A stretch of 64,000 nucleotides of DNA from an uncultured Lachnospiraceae bacterium. GTDB taxonomy: Bacteria; Bacillota; Clostridia; Lachnospirales; Lachnospiraceae. A program made the position numbers and the translations under genes. The stretch covers positions 21,267 to 85,266 of the forward strand of contig CAZABT010000001.1 in the NCBI GenBank assembly GCA_964483395.1, read 5' to 3'. This document shows, in pieces, positions 9,379 through 19,111 of this stretch. A model generated the notes under the pieces. The model saw only the letters and a program-made list of their open reading frames with translations. It ran no database searches and was not told the DNA's origin. Each line of letters begins with the position of its first letter. The first letter of the stretch is position 1.

Positions 9379-11021
9379 AAGCATTGATTGTAATTCCCGC
9401 TCGTGGCGGTTCAAAGAGAATACCAAGAAAAAACGTCAGGCTGATGTGCGGCAGGCCGTTGATTTATTATGCGTTGCAGAATGCCAAGAATCTGAAGGAA
9501 TCTATGGATGTGGACATTGCCGTATCTACGGATGACGAGGAGTTGGGCGGTATTGTGGCCAAGCTGGGAGTTACGGTGGTCAACCGTCCGAAGGAGCTGG
9601 CAACAGACAGAGTGACGCTCGATCCGGTTATCTATCATGCGTTGCTGGAGATGGAAAAAGTACATCAGGTCAGATATGATATTGTCATCACGATGCAGGC
9701 AACTTCCCCCACCTTACAGACGGAAACGTTGAAGCGGGCAATTGACTTTTTCACGCACTCAGATTATGACACTATTATTTCTGCAATGAATCATCCCCAT
9801 TTGTCGTGGCGTGAGGAAAGCGGGCAGATTGTAAAGAATTATGAGAAACGACTGAATTCTCAAGAACTTCCGAAGAACTATGTGGAGACCGGTGGCTTTT
9901 TAATGACACGCCGCGAGTGTGTGTCCGAATCGGGAAGAATCGGTCAAAGAATCAATATATTCGAGATATCGGCAGATGAGGCCATAGACATTGATACAGA
10001 GGCTGACTGGATCGTAGCTGAGAGCATTATGAAGCGGAAGAAGATCATCTTTCATACGGTCGGAAAACCACAGCTTGGTATGGGACATATTTATCGCTGC
10101 CTGACTTTGGCATATAAGCTGACAGGCCATCAATTCCTCTTTGTGATTGACAAGGATTCGGAGATGGGAATCAAGAAGCTGAAGGAATCCTTTTTCCCGG
10201 TGAGGGTTGTCGAGGACGATGCAGAATTTGAGCAGGTGCTTGCGGAGTACCGGCCGGATATTCTGGTCAATGATATCTTGAATACAACAGAAGATTATAT
10301 GAAAATGGTCATCAGGTATGCAGAACGTGTCGTAAACTTTGAGGACATTGGGACAGGAGCAAAATATGCAGATGCCGTGATCAATGCATTGTATGAAAAA
10401 GGTGAAAAGCTGCATAATGAATACTATGGGTCGAAATACTTCTGCATCAGGGATGAATTTTTGGAGGAAGCACCAAAGGACTTCTCTGAGACAGTTGAGA
10501 ATGTCATGGTGATATTTGGTGGGGAAGACCCTTCGAATCTGACAGGACGACTCTATGGAATCTGCCGTAAGCTGCATGACAGATACCCAACCGTTAGCTT
10601 TCATTTTTTGATTGGCTTTGCCTATGGAAATAAGGATCAGATGAAGGATGATGCAGCACACAACATCTTCGTACATACAGATGTGAAGCGTGTGAGTGCA
10701 TATATGAACAAGATGGATCTTGCAGTCACCTCTCAGGGAAGAACGGTCTATGAGCTTGCCAGCATGGGGGTTCCGGCAATTGTACTGGCACAGAACGAAC
10801 GTGAAGCAGAGCATGTATTTGCAGGCATCCAGAATGGTTTCATCAATCTGGGTATCGGCAGTGAACAAGATGAGACAACAATCATCCAGACTGTCAGATG
10901 GCTTATTGATACGCCGAAGGTTCGTAAGGAAATGAGAAATCTGCAGTTGGCAAAGGAATTTCATAAGGGACAGCAGAGAGTCATAAGGCTGATATTGGGG
11001 GAAACAGAGGACGAGCAGTGA
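9375..11021 (+). CDS. fusion protein: CMP-nonulosonate synthetase-type cytidylyltransferase (N) + PseG/SpsG-like nucleotide-sugar hydrolase (C)
   Basis: N-terminal part: IPARGGSKRIPRKN, MQATSPT. C-terminal part: GMGHIYRCLTLAYKL, IFGGEDPSN, a GT28-C-like end. Confidence 0.8.
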   Translation: MKALIVIPARGGSKRIPRKNVRLMCGRPLIYYALQNAKNLKESMDVDIAVSTDDEELGGIVAKLGVTVVNRPKELATDRVTLDPVIYHALLEMEKVHQVRYDIVITMQATSPTLQTETLKRAIDFFTHSDYDTIISAMNHPHLSWREESGQIVKNYEKRLNSQELPKNYVETGGFLMTRRECVSESGRIGQRINIFEISADEAIDIDTEADWIVAESIMKRKKIIFHTVGKPQLGMGHIYRCLTLAYKLTGHQFLFVIDKDSEMGIKKLKESFFPVRVVEDDAEFEQVLAEYRPDILVNDILNTTEDYMKMVIRYAERVVNFEDIGTGAKYADAVINALYEKGEKLHNEYYGSKYFCIRDEFLEEAPKDFSETVENVMVIFGGEDPSNLTGRLYGICRKLHDRYPTVSFHFLIGFAYGNKDQMKDDAAHNIFVHTDVKRVSAYMNKMDLAVTSQGRTVYELASMGVPAIVLAQNEREAEHVFAGIQNGFINLGIGSEQDETTIIQTVRWLIDTPKVRKEMRNLQLAKEFHKGQQRVIRLILGETEDEQ

Positions 11022-11043
11022 GCATGCCGTCGGGAGTATATAG

Positions 11044-12360
11044 ATGGATAGATTTGAAATTGATAATACAATTGAACAGGTAGATGTGCTGACGCAGGAA
11101 ACGATTGGTGCACTTAATGTTATGGAGAACAGAAGAGTTCTCCTGGTGAATACTGTGTGTGCTTCGGGCAGTGTCGGACGTATTATGACAGGTCTGTATG
11201 ATGTGCTTGAGGAGCATGGCTATACCTGCATGCTCGCGTACGGAAGGGGTACGGCACCGGAGGGCTACCGCGCATATAGGATCGGAAATGATCAGGAGGT
11301 CTATTTTCATGGTGCCATGAGCAGACTGTTGGATCGGCAGGGCTTTTTTTCAGCGCACGCAACACGTGAATTTATTAAAATGATTGAGAACTTCAATCCT
11401 GATATAGTACACCTGCACAATGTGCACGGTTATTATCTGAACATAAAGCTGCTGTTTGAATACTTGAAGGGCTCCGGCAGGAGAATCATATGGACGCTTC
11501 ATGATTGCTGGAGTTTTACGGGGCATTGCACTCATTTTGAGTATATCGGCTGTAATAAATGGATGACCGAATGTGATGGCTGTGAACAGTTGGCAGAATA
11601 TCCGAAGTCATGGTTTATGGATCATTCCAAGAAGAATTATATGCAGAAGAAGGAATTGTTTACCGGATTTGAGGATTTGACAATCGTAACACCTTCTCAT
11701 TGGCTGGCATCCAAGGTGCAGCAGTCGTTTCTTGGACGTTATCATACAGTGGTCATTCCGACAGGCATTGAACTGGAACGTTTCCGTCCGATGCAGGAGG
11801 AGCGTAAGGATGAAAATATTATTTTTCAGTTAAAGAATCAATTGAATCTGCGCGGAAAGTTTATTCTGCTTGGGGTGGCAAATCCATGGCGTGAGCGTAA
11901 GGGCCTGGCACAGTTTGAAGCATTGGCCAAGTCTTTGAGTGAAAAATATGCGATTATTCTGCTTGGCTTGAATGATGAACAGCTGTCTCAGCTGCCGGAA
12001 TCCATCATCGGATTGTCCAAAACGGACAGCATCGAGGAGCTGGCAGCATTGTATTCCATGGCGGATGTCTATGTGAACCTGACTTTGGAGGATACTTTCC
12101 CGACAACGAACATCGAGGCACTGGCATGTGGTACACCGGTCGTGACCTTTAAGGCGGGCGGAAGTCCGGAAAGTCTGGATGATACATGTGGTATTGCCGT
12201 GGACCGCAACAGCATACAGGGTGTGCTCGCGGCCATTGAGCGGATCATTGCCCAAAGGGGTGTCAATTACACGCGTGAGCAGTGTGTCAGCCGTGCGAGA
12301 CTTTATAGTAAGGAAAAGCGTTATACGGAATATATTTCAGAAGTGTATGATGCATTTTGA
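11044..12360 (+). CDS. glycosyltransferase, GT-B fold (GT4-like) with Cys-rich insert
   Basis: LEDTFPTTNIEALACGTPVV is an E-x7-E motif. Cys cluster HDCWSFTGHCTHF..CNKW..CDGC. GGGAG RBS. Confidence 0.75.
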   Translation: MDRFEIDNTIEQVDVLTQETIGALNVMENRRVLLVNTVCASGSVGRIMTGLYDVLEEHGYTCMLAYGRGTAPEGYRAYRIGNDQEVYFHGAMSRLLDRQGFFSAHATREFIKMIENFNPDIVHLHNVHGYYLNIKLLFEYLKGSGRRIIWTLHDCWSFTGHCTHFEYIGCNKWMTECDGCEQLAEYPKSWFMDHSKKNYMQKKELFTGFEDLTIVTPSHWLASKVQQSFLGRYHTVVIPTGIELERFRPMQEERKDENIIFQLKNQLNLRGKFILLGVANPWRERKGLAQFEALAKSLSEKYAIILLGLNDEQLSQLPESIIGLSKTDSIEELAALYSMADVYVNLTLEDTFPTTNIEALACGTPVVTFKAGGSPESLDDTCGIAVDRNSIQGVLAAIERIIAQRGVNYTREQCVSRARLYSKEKRYTEYISEVYDAF

Positions 12361-12369
12361 GGATAAGGC

Positions 12370-13761
12370 ATGAAGAAGAACTATACGTGGAAGGAAATCT
12401 GCACAAAATTTGAAAAGAGTATCATACTTTTCTTTGAATTCATCATGTATGTTGCGGCACTTGCAGCATTTTTTCTGCTGTTTGCAATTGACAATCCGGA
12501 AATCATCACGCTGTCCAGAACAGCCGCCATTACACTGTCTACCTATGTAATCATATTATTTCTGCTGACCTGCATCTACGGAAAGTATGATGTCGGAATT
12601 CGCAAATCCAGACAGATTATCTTCTCATTGGCTTTGGCCGGGAGTATTACGGATCTGTTTACATACTTCCAGTTGATTATCATGAAGACGAATGATGCTA
12701 ATAATCGTACCTTTAAGATAGAAAATCTGGGGATTCTATTTCTTGTTCTTGCAATACAGATCATTATCTATATCTTAATGACGTATGCAGGAAATGCCTT
12801 TTACTTTTGGATCAAGGATCCGGAGGCATGTCTGATCATCACATCAGACACGGAGGAGGCAGCACGTGTGGCAGAGGCGTTGTCAGACTTTCGGAAACGT
12901 TATCGGGTGACGGAAATCATAGACTATCAGCGTGAGGATCTGGAGGCTCGGATGCTCGAAGTCAATACGGTCTTTCTGTATGATGTTCCGGTGGATGACC
13001 GGACGAGAATTGTGGATTTCTGTTATCAGAATTTGAAGAATATTTATTTTAATCCGCAGATTGCGGATATTTTGGAGCGTAATTCCAAGCAGGTCATTCT
13101 TGATGATATGTCTTTCTTTTCTTCACAGTTTCATACGATTACTTATGAACAGCGTATTATCAAGCGGCTGATGGATATCTTTATTTCAGCGGCCGCCTTG
13201 ATCATTACAAGTCCGATTTTATTGATCAGCGCAGTCTGTATTAAGAAAAACGATGGCGGGAGCGTATTGTTCAGGCAAAAAAGAGCAACAGTCAACGGCA
13301 AAGTGTTTTTGATTTACAAATTCCGTACCATGAAAGAAAATGTTGAAAATTATTCCGTGACAGGTGATGATACAAGAGTGACTACGGTCGGCAAGTTTTT
13401 ACGGAAATATCGGATAGACGAGCTTCCGCAGTTCTACAACATTCTGAGGGGCGATATGAGCTTGGTAGGCCCGCGTCCGGAAATGCTGGAGAACGTAGAG
13501 GATTATACGAAGGAAATGCCGGAATTTCGCTATCGTCTGCGTATGAAAGCAGGTTTGACAGGGAATGCACAGATCATTGGAAAATATAATACATCTTCGA
13601 GAGATAAGCTGATGTTAGATTTGATGTATATAGAGAATTACAGCATACTGAAAGATATTCAGCTGTTGTTCCAGACCATTCTCGTACTGTTCAATGCGGA
13701 TGATTCCACAGCCGCATTTTCAAGAGGAACGACGCAAAAGGATTCGGAAGGAAAACTGTGA
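12370..13761 (+). CDS. polyprenyl-phosphate sugar-1-phosphate transferase (Bac_transf, WbaP/CpsE-like priming enzyme)
   Basis: N-terminal TM block, then [27 protein letters not shown]. Confidence 0.85.
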   Translation: MKKNYTWKEICTKFEKSIILFFEFIMYVAALAAFFLLFAIDNPEIITLSRTAAITLSTYVIILFLLTCIYGKYDVGIRKSRQIIFSLALAGSITDLFTYFQLIIMKTNDANNRTFKIENLGILFLVLAIQIIIYILMTYAGNAFYFWIKDPEACLIITSDTEEAARVAEALSDFRKRYRVTEIIDYQREDLEARMLEVNTVFLYDVPVDDRTRIVDFCYQNLKNIYFNPQIADILERNSKQVILDDMSFFSSQFHTITYEQRIIKRLMDIFISAAALIITSPILLISAVCIKKNDGGSVLFRQKRATVNGKVFLIYKFRTMKENVENYSVTGDDTRVTTVGKFLRKYRIDELPQFYNILRGDMSLVGPRPEMLENVEDYTKEMPEFRYRLRMKAGLTGNAQIIGKYNTSSRDKLMLDLMYIENYSILKDIQLLFQTILVLFNADDSTAAFSRGTTQKDSEGKL

Positions 13762-14516
13762 TGGAAATGAGGGACAGGAAAACAACAGTCAGTATCATCA
13801 CGGTAACCTATAACAGTGCGGCAACGGTTCGTGATACAATCGAATCGGTTTTGAAGCAGACTTATTTGCCAAAGGAATATATCATTGTGGACGGTCTGTC
13901 ATCAGATGAAACCCTTACAATTGTGAAATCCTATGAACAGAAGTTTCAGGAGAGAAACATAAACTATATCGTAATATCCGAAAAAGACAAGGGAATCTAT
14001 GATGCCATGAACAAGGGAATCCGTCTGGCCACGGGAGAGCTGGTTGGGATGATTAACAGTGATGACTGGTATGAGCCATGCGCACTTGCATGTGCGGTTT
14101 CCTGTTATGAGAAAACGGGCTATGATCTGTTCTTTGCAGATCTTCGGATGCATTTTCCCACAGGAAAGACCTTTGTTAAGCATGCCAGAAACCGTCAGTA
14201 TGCGACTTCACGGGATTGGAATCATCCAACGACCTTTATTACGAAGGAAATGTATCGACAGTATGAATATAAATGCAATACCATTCATGATGATTATGAT
14301 TTAATTCTGCGTTTGAAAAAGAACGGTGCACACATAGAAGTTGTGAATGAGGTACTGGCGAATTTTCGCATGAACGGAACAAGTCATGAAAAGAATCTCA
14401 GAAAAGCAGTCGGGCGTATCCGGATAAAATACCGGATTTACCGGGACAATGGGTATTCCCCCTTTTATTTGCTGGAATGCATTGCAATGGAAGTGGCAAA
14501 GCTGATTGCGAGATAG
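13761..14516 (+). CDS. glycosyltransferase family 2
   Basis: VSIITVTYNSAATVRDTIESVLKQTY and INSDDWY. The start may be GTG 13758 or ATG 13761; both overlap the upstream stop. Confidence 0.8.
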   Translation: MEMRDRKTTVSIITVTYNSAATVRDTIESVLKQTYLPKEYIIVDGLSSDETLTIVKSYEQKFQERNINYIVISEKDKGIYDAMNKGIRLATGELVGMINSDDWYEPCALACAVSCYEKTGYDLFFADLRMHFPTGKTFVKHARNRQYATSRDWNHPTTFITKEMYRQYEYKCNTIHDDYDLILRLKKNGAHIEVVNEVLANFRMNGTSHEKNLRKAVGRIRIKYRIYRDNGYSPFYLLECIAMEVAKLIAR

Positions 14517-14565
14517 GTATATTATGATATAGTTTGATGGATGCATCTTGAAAGGATTTTGCTGT

Positions 14566-15741
14566 ATGCAGATTAGGACATTGACCTTTTATTCAAATTA
14601 TTATAATCATCATCAGAAAGCGTTATGTGATGAATGGTATCGGCTGTTGGGGGATGGCTTTGTATTTGTGGAGACGATGCCCATGGAAGCATTTCGGGCA
14701 GGAATGGGCTGGGGCAGTGAGGACATTCCGGCATATGTGCTGAAGACGCACAGCAATGAGGAAAACCATATCCGTGCGCTGGCGTTGGGTATGGACAGTG
14801 ATGTAGTGGTTATGGGAACGGCGCCGGAGGAATACATTGAGGCAAGGCTTCAGGCAGATAAGCTGACCTTTCGATATTCAGAGCGTCCGTTGAAGGAAGG
14901 TTTCATCAAATTTCTGATTCCACGGCTGACGAAAAAGTATTATCATCTGCACATCAGAAACAGAAAGAAGAACCTGTATATTTTGGCGGCCAGTGCTTAT
15001 ACGGCATATGATTACCGCAAGATGCATTGCTATATCGATAAATGTTATAAATTCGGTTATTTTCCACAGCATTTGGAGTATGATATCGACCAGTTGATGC
15101 AGGATAAGCCACACGGAGAAGTGACAAAAATTTTGTGGGCAGGAAGGATGCTGAAGCTGAAGCGTCCTGATCTTGTGATTGAGGCTGCGGCCAGGCTGCG
15201 GGATAAAGGCTATCGTTTTACCCTGACCCTGATTGGGGAGGGAGAGGAACGAGAGCATATCAGAAAAATGGTGAAGCATTATCGTTTGAATCAGATTACG
15301 ACTTTTGTGGATTTTCTGTCGCCATTGGAAGCGAGAGCAGCAATGGCGCAGGCCAATGTGTACGTTATGACGAGTAATTTTTGGGAAGGCTGGGGTTCTG
15401 TGATTTATGAGGCATTGAATGCAGGCTGTGCTGTGGTAGCAAGCCATGCATGTGGTGCCACTCCATGGCTGGTCAGACACCACGAAACAGGACTGGTGTT
15501 TCAGAGCGGCAGTGTGGAGAGTCTGACAGAGAATTTGGAACTGCTTCTTAAAAATCGGAATCTGCAGGAGGTTTATGGGCGTGCGGCATATGACCAGATG
15601 CACCAATGGTGGAATCCGCGCGTGGCAGCGGAAAGCGTGCTGCATCTGGCGGAACGTCTGGAGGCCGGTCAGGACACAGATCTGCAGGAGGGACCCTGCA
15701 GTAAGGCCGGTATTTTAAAAAATCACTGGTTTCACGGATGA
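14566..15741 (+). CDS. glycosyltransferase, GT-B fold (GT4-like)
   Basis: FWEGWGSVIYEALNAGCAVV is an E-x7-E motif. The ATG at 14566 has an AAAGGA RBS; the ORF track starts at TTG 14548. Confidence 0.75.
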   Translation: MQIRTLTFYSNYYNHHQKALCDEWYRLLGDGFVFVETMPMEAFRAGMGWGSEDIPAYVLKTHSNEENHIRALALGMDSDVVVMGTAPEEYIEARLQADKLTFRYSERPLKEGFIKFLIPRLTKKYYHLHIRNRKKNLYILAASAYTAYDYRKMHCYIDKCYKFGYFPQHLEYDIDQLMQDKPHGEVTKILWAGRMLKLKRPDLVIEAAARLRDKGYRFTLTLIGEGEEREHIRKMVKHYRLNQITTFVDFLSPLEARAAMAQANVYVMTSNFWEGWGSVIYEALNAGCAVVASHACGATPWLVRHHETGLVFQSGSVESLTENLELLLKNRNLQEVYGRAAYDQMHQWWNPRVAAESVLHLAERLEAGQDTDLQEGPCSKAGILKNHWFHG

Positions 15742-15785
15742 TTTTTGGATTTTGGAAATCGAAAGTAGCATTGACGGAGGCTGAT

Positions 15786-16940
15786 ATGTCATATAAAGTA
15801 TTGTATTTAATGGAATATCCGATCGATCTGCCCGGCGGCGCACAGATGTCTACGCAGACCTTATGCGAAGGACTGATGGGTACTGAGTTTGAGCCGGTGG
15901 TAGTCTGCCCGACCCTGCTTCATGCACATAAGGAAGATTTCCCATTTCGTATAGTGGAATTTCCATCAGATGAAAACCGCGAGGACAGCAAAGGAAAGCG
16001 TATCAAAAACTTCATAAAGCGAATCGGTTCCTTTCGACGTGCAATCCGGGCAGAGCGGCCGGACATCATCCATATCCAGATGTCTGAATCGCTGATTACC
16101 TTTGGTTTTTTGAGATGCCTTGGAATGTTTGCAAAAATACCGTTTGTTTATACAGACAGAAGTCTGTATTTTGGGTATCGCATTCATTCTATGACATGCA
16201 TCAAGGCAGTGTTGAAGCATGCGGCAAGAATGATATGTACGACACAGTTTAATAAAGAACTGTGGCTGAAGCATTCCGGTTTTGACCGAATTGACGTGAT
16301 TTCCAATACGATCAGTACAGCATTTACCCCTTATGATGCGGAGAAACGGAAACAACTGCGTGCGGAAGCCGGACTTGAAGAATCGGACTTTGTCATCGGA
16401 TTTGCAGGCAGAATATCAGAGGAGAAGGACTGGCCATTTGTGAAGGAGCTGGTGGAATCCTTTTGCGAAAGAGATATCAGTTTTAAGATTGCCCTTGTGA
16501 TTTCAGTCTATGAGGAGCAGGATATGGCAATTGTGGCAGATCTGAAGAATTCCATAGCTGCCATGATCGGTGAAGAAAATTTGATTTATATGCAGGATCT
16601 GCCGCAGGCAGGGATTGCAGATTACTATTATCTTGTGGATGTCTTTGTTATGAGCTCTATGTTTGAATCCTTTGGCAAGGCCGCCGTAGAAGCGATGAGC
16701 CGCAAGTGTGCAGTTGTTTCCACAAGCGTAGGCGGTCTGACAGAGGTCGTGCACAAGAGAGATAATTTATATACGAAAGAGAAATATACACAGTGCGCAG
16801 ATAGAATTGAAAAGCTATATCATGATAAAGCAGAACTTGACTTTGATAAAGATTACTTTTATCATCGTTATCTGGACAATTATACGAGGGAAATCTGCCT
16901 GCAGAAGCATCTGCGATTGTACAAAGAAATCCTGCTGTAG
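15786..16940 (+). CDS. glycosyltransferase, GT-B fold (GT4-like)
   Basis: MFESFGKAAVEAMSRKCAVV is an E-x7-E motif. The ATG at 15786 follows a strong GGAGG RBS and gives MSYKVLYL; the ORF-track start 15738 is also possible. Confidence 0.75.
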   Translation: MSYKVLYLMEYPIDLPGGAQMSTQTLCEGLMGTEFEPVVVCPTLLHAHKEDFPFRIVEFPSDENREDSKGKRIKNFIKRIGSFRRAIRAERPDIIHIQMSESLITFGFLRCLGMFAKIPFVYTDRSLYFGYRIHSMTCIKAVLKHAARMICTTQFNKELWLKHSGFDRIDVISNTISTAFTPYDAEKRKQLRAEAGLEESDFVIGFAGRISEEKDWPFVKELVESFCERDISFKIALVISVYEEQDMAIVADLKNSIAAMIGEENLIYMQDLPQAGIADYYYLVDVFVMSSMFESFGKAAVEAMSRKCAVVSTSVGGLTEVVHKRDNLYTKEKYTQCADRIEKLYHDKAELDFDKDYFYHRYLDNYTREICLQKHLRLYKEILL

Positions 16941-16973
16941 TATACTGTATCTTTAAGAAAGACGGAAAAGGAA

Positions 16974-16992
16974 AACCGTAATCAACCGTAAT
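16974..16992. repeat. tandem 9-bp direct repeat AACCGTAAT x2 (10-bp phase), with a degenerate third copy AACCGTGAAAT at 17017-17027
   Basis: Read directly in the 111-nt gap upstream of the aminotransferase gene. Confidence 0.5.
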
Positions 16993-17051
16993 TAACATTG
17001 AAACAATGAAAAGCTGAACCGTGAAATGAAAGCGCGAGGAGAGAGAGCCAG

Positions 17052-18170
17052 ATGGAGAAAATACAAGCAAACCGCCTAGACAGGGGCTTCTTTAAATATC
17101 AGGAGGAGTTTGAGCAGAAAGCTCTTCAGGTGCTGCGTTCGGGTTGGTATGTACTTGGCAATGAAGTCAAGACGTTTGAAGAGGAGTATGCGGCCTATAT
17201 CGGAGCGAAGTATTGCGTCGGACTGGCAAGCGGACTGGATGCACTTTGGATGGCATTCCGTGTACTTGGAATCGGTGCCGGCGATGAAGTGCTTGTACAG
17301 GGGAATACTTATATTGCCAGCGTCATGGGGATTACGATGAATGGTGCGACACCTGTTTTTGTAGAGCCAAACGAATATTTTAACATTGATACATCAAAGC
17401 TTGAAGAGAAGATTACCGATAAGACCAAGGCAGTTCTGGTCGTGCATCTCTATGGACAGGCCTCCAAAATGGATGAGGTCACTGCACTGTGTAAGAAATA
17501 TAAGCTGCGGCTGGTTGAGGACTGTGCACAGTCACATGGTGCTGCCTATAACGGACAGGTGACGGGAACCTTTGGAGACATCGGCTGCTTTTCCTTTTAT
17601 CCGTCCAAGAACATCGGCGCATTTGGTGACGGCGGCGCGATTGTGACAAATAATGAGGAAATTGCGACAGATATGAGAGTGCTTCGAAACTACGGAAGCG
17701 AGAAACGATATTATAATAAGATTGTAGGAACCAATTCCAGACTGGACGAGATACAGGCCGGGCTGCTGCGTATACGGCTTGCACACGCGGATGAGCTGAT
17801 GAAGGAAAAACAGGAGATTGCAGCGAGATATCTGAAGGAACTGCATAATCCCTTGATTGAGCTTCCGAGGATTCAGGAGGGTGCAACCCACATTTACCAT
17901 CAGTTTGTGATTCGTTCTAAGATGCGGGATGCCTTAATGAAATATCTGGAGGAGCATGAGATCGGAACGATCATTCATTATCCGATTCCGCCTCATTTGG
18001 CAGAAGCATATCAATATCTTGGCTATCATGAAGGCTCCTTTCCAATCACAGAGAGCTGTGCAAGGGAAGTGCTGTCTATTCCGATGTATAATGGAATGAC
18101 AGAGGAAGAACAGACGAAGGTCATTGCTGTATTGAATGCATTCGGACAAAATCAGGAGGACACCCAATGA
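17052..18170 (+). CDS. DegT/DnrJ/EryC1/StrS-family PLP-dependent sugar aminotransferase
   Basis: SGWYVLGNEV, GLDAL, DCAQSHGA, FSFYPSKNIGAFGDGGAI (the PLP lysine region). GAGGAGAGAGAG RBS. Confidence 0.9.
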   Translation: MEKIQANRLDRGFFKYQEEFEQKALQVLRSGWYVLGNEVKTFEEEYAAYIGAKYCVGLASGLDALWMAFRVLGIGAGDEVLVQGNTYIASVMGITMNGATPVFVEPNEYFNIDTSKLEEKITDKTKAVLVVHLYGQASKMDEVTALCKKYKLRLVEDCAQSHGAAYNGQVTGTFGDIGCFSFYPSKNIGAFGDGGAIVTNNEEIATDMRVLRNYGSEKRYYNKIVGTNSRLDEIQAGLLRIRLAHADELMKEKQEIAARYLKELHNPLIELPRIQEGATHIYHQFVIRSKMRDALMKYLEEHEIGTIIHYPIPPHLAEAYQYLGYHEGSFPITESCAREVLSIPMYNGMTEEEQTKVIAVLNAFGQNQEDTQ

Positions 18171-19102
18171 GCAAGATATCCATCATCATACCGGTATATT
18201 ACAATGCCGATACCCTGATGCTGTTATATGAAGATATGAAGGAGAAGATTCTGCATAAACTGGGCGATTATGAACTTGTTTTTGTAGATGACGGTTCCGG
18301 GGATCATTCATGGGAAGTCATGAATCAAATCAGGGAGCTGGATGAAAATGTTAAGTGTGTGAAGCTTTCCAGAAATTTCGGCGAGCATGCGGCGATACTT
18401 GCAGGACTGTCAAGCTGTACGGGTGACTGTGCAGTGACAAAGCAGGCAGATCTGCAGGAGGATTCCGAATTGATCTTAGATATGTATGAGAGCTGGAGGC
18501 GAGGAAATAAAGTGGTTCTGGCGGTTCGGGCACAGCGTGATGATTCGGCAATCAAGAAGTTTTTTGCCAATCTGTATTATGCAATTGTACGGAAGTGTAT
18601 TGAAAAGACAATGCCCATCGGCGGCTTTGACTGTTATCTTTTGGATCGTCAGGTCATAGAAGTTCTGCAGATGCTGGATGAGAAAAATTCTGCGCTGACA
18701 TTACAGGTATTATGGGTCGGATTTCAGTCGGAGAAGATTTATTTTCATAGAAAGGATCGGGAAATCGGTGAATCCAGATGGACCTTTTCCAAGAAGTTTA
18801 AGCTGGTGCTGGATTCCATGATGAGCTTTTCTTACTTTCCGATTCGCTTTATGTCGGGTATTGGTGTGGTTTTTGCAATCATTGCTTTTTTGTGGATCAT
18901 TGGTGTTGTATTGGAGCGTTTGATCGTAGGAACGCCAATTGCAGGCTGGGCATCTCTGATGTGTCTTGTACTGTTTTCTACCGGATTGATTCTTCTGATG
19001 CTTGGGATTTTGGGTGAATATCTGTGGCGTACGCTGGATGCCAGCAGAAACAGACCGCCATTCCTGATCGATCATGTCGAGGAGTGCAGAAAGGAAGAAT
19101 AG
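18167..19102 (+). CDS. polyprenyl-phosphate glycosyltransferase (GT2, GtrB/ArnC/CsbB type) with two C-terminal TM helices
   Basis: ISIIIPVYYNA, VFVDDGSGD, SRNFGEHAA, and a C-terminal TM pair ending GEYLWRT..RNRPPFLI. ATGA overlap with the aminotransferase gene. Confidence 0.85.
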   Translation: MSKISIIIPVYYNADTLMLLYEDMKEKILHKLGDYELVFVDDGSGDHSWEVMNQIRELDENVKCVKLSRNFGEHAAILAGLSSCTGDCAVTKQADLQEDSELILDMYESWRRGNKVVLAVRAQRDDSAIKKFFANLYYAIVRKCIEKTMPIGGFDCYLLDRQVIEVLQMLDEKNSALTLQVLWVGFQSEKIYFHRKDREIGESRWTFSKKFKLVLDSMMSFSYFPIRFMSGIGVVFAIIAFLWIIGVVLERLIVGTPIAGWASLMCLVLFSTGLILLMLGILGEYLWRTLDASRNRPPFLIDHVEECRKEE

Positions 19103-19111
19103 AGGTTTAGC

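Noticed and set aside
9900-10964. Long antisense ORFs in the six-frame track. Examples: 9900-10964 (354 aa), 14878-15645 (255 aa), 57435-58346 (303 aa), 55064-55687 (207 aa), 21313-21885 (190 aa), 19330-19869, 23615-24154 and 31082-31579.
   Set aside because: Each is fully nested opposite a gene with clear family motifs. None has an RBS. Their Cys/His/Arg/Ile-rich, motif-free composition is typical of reverse-frame translation of coding DNA. I treat them as shadow ORFs.
6877-11021. Naming the acidic sugar specifically as N-acetylneuraminic acid (sialic acid) and the genes neuB/neuA.
   Set aside because: The PseG/SpsG-like domain and the DegT aminotransferase point equally to pseudaminic/legionaminic-type sugars. 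Synthase specificity cannot be read from motifs alone.
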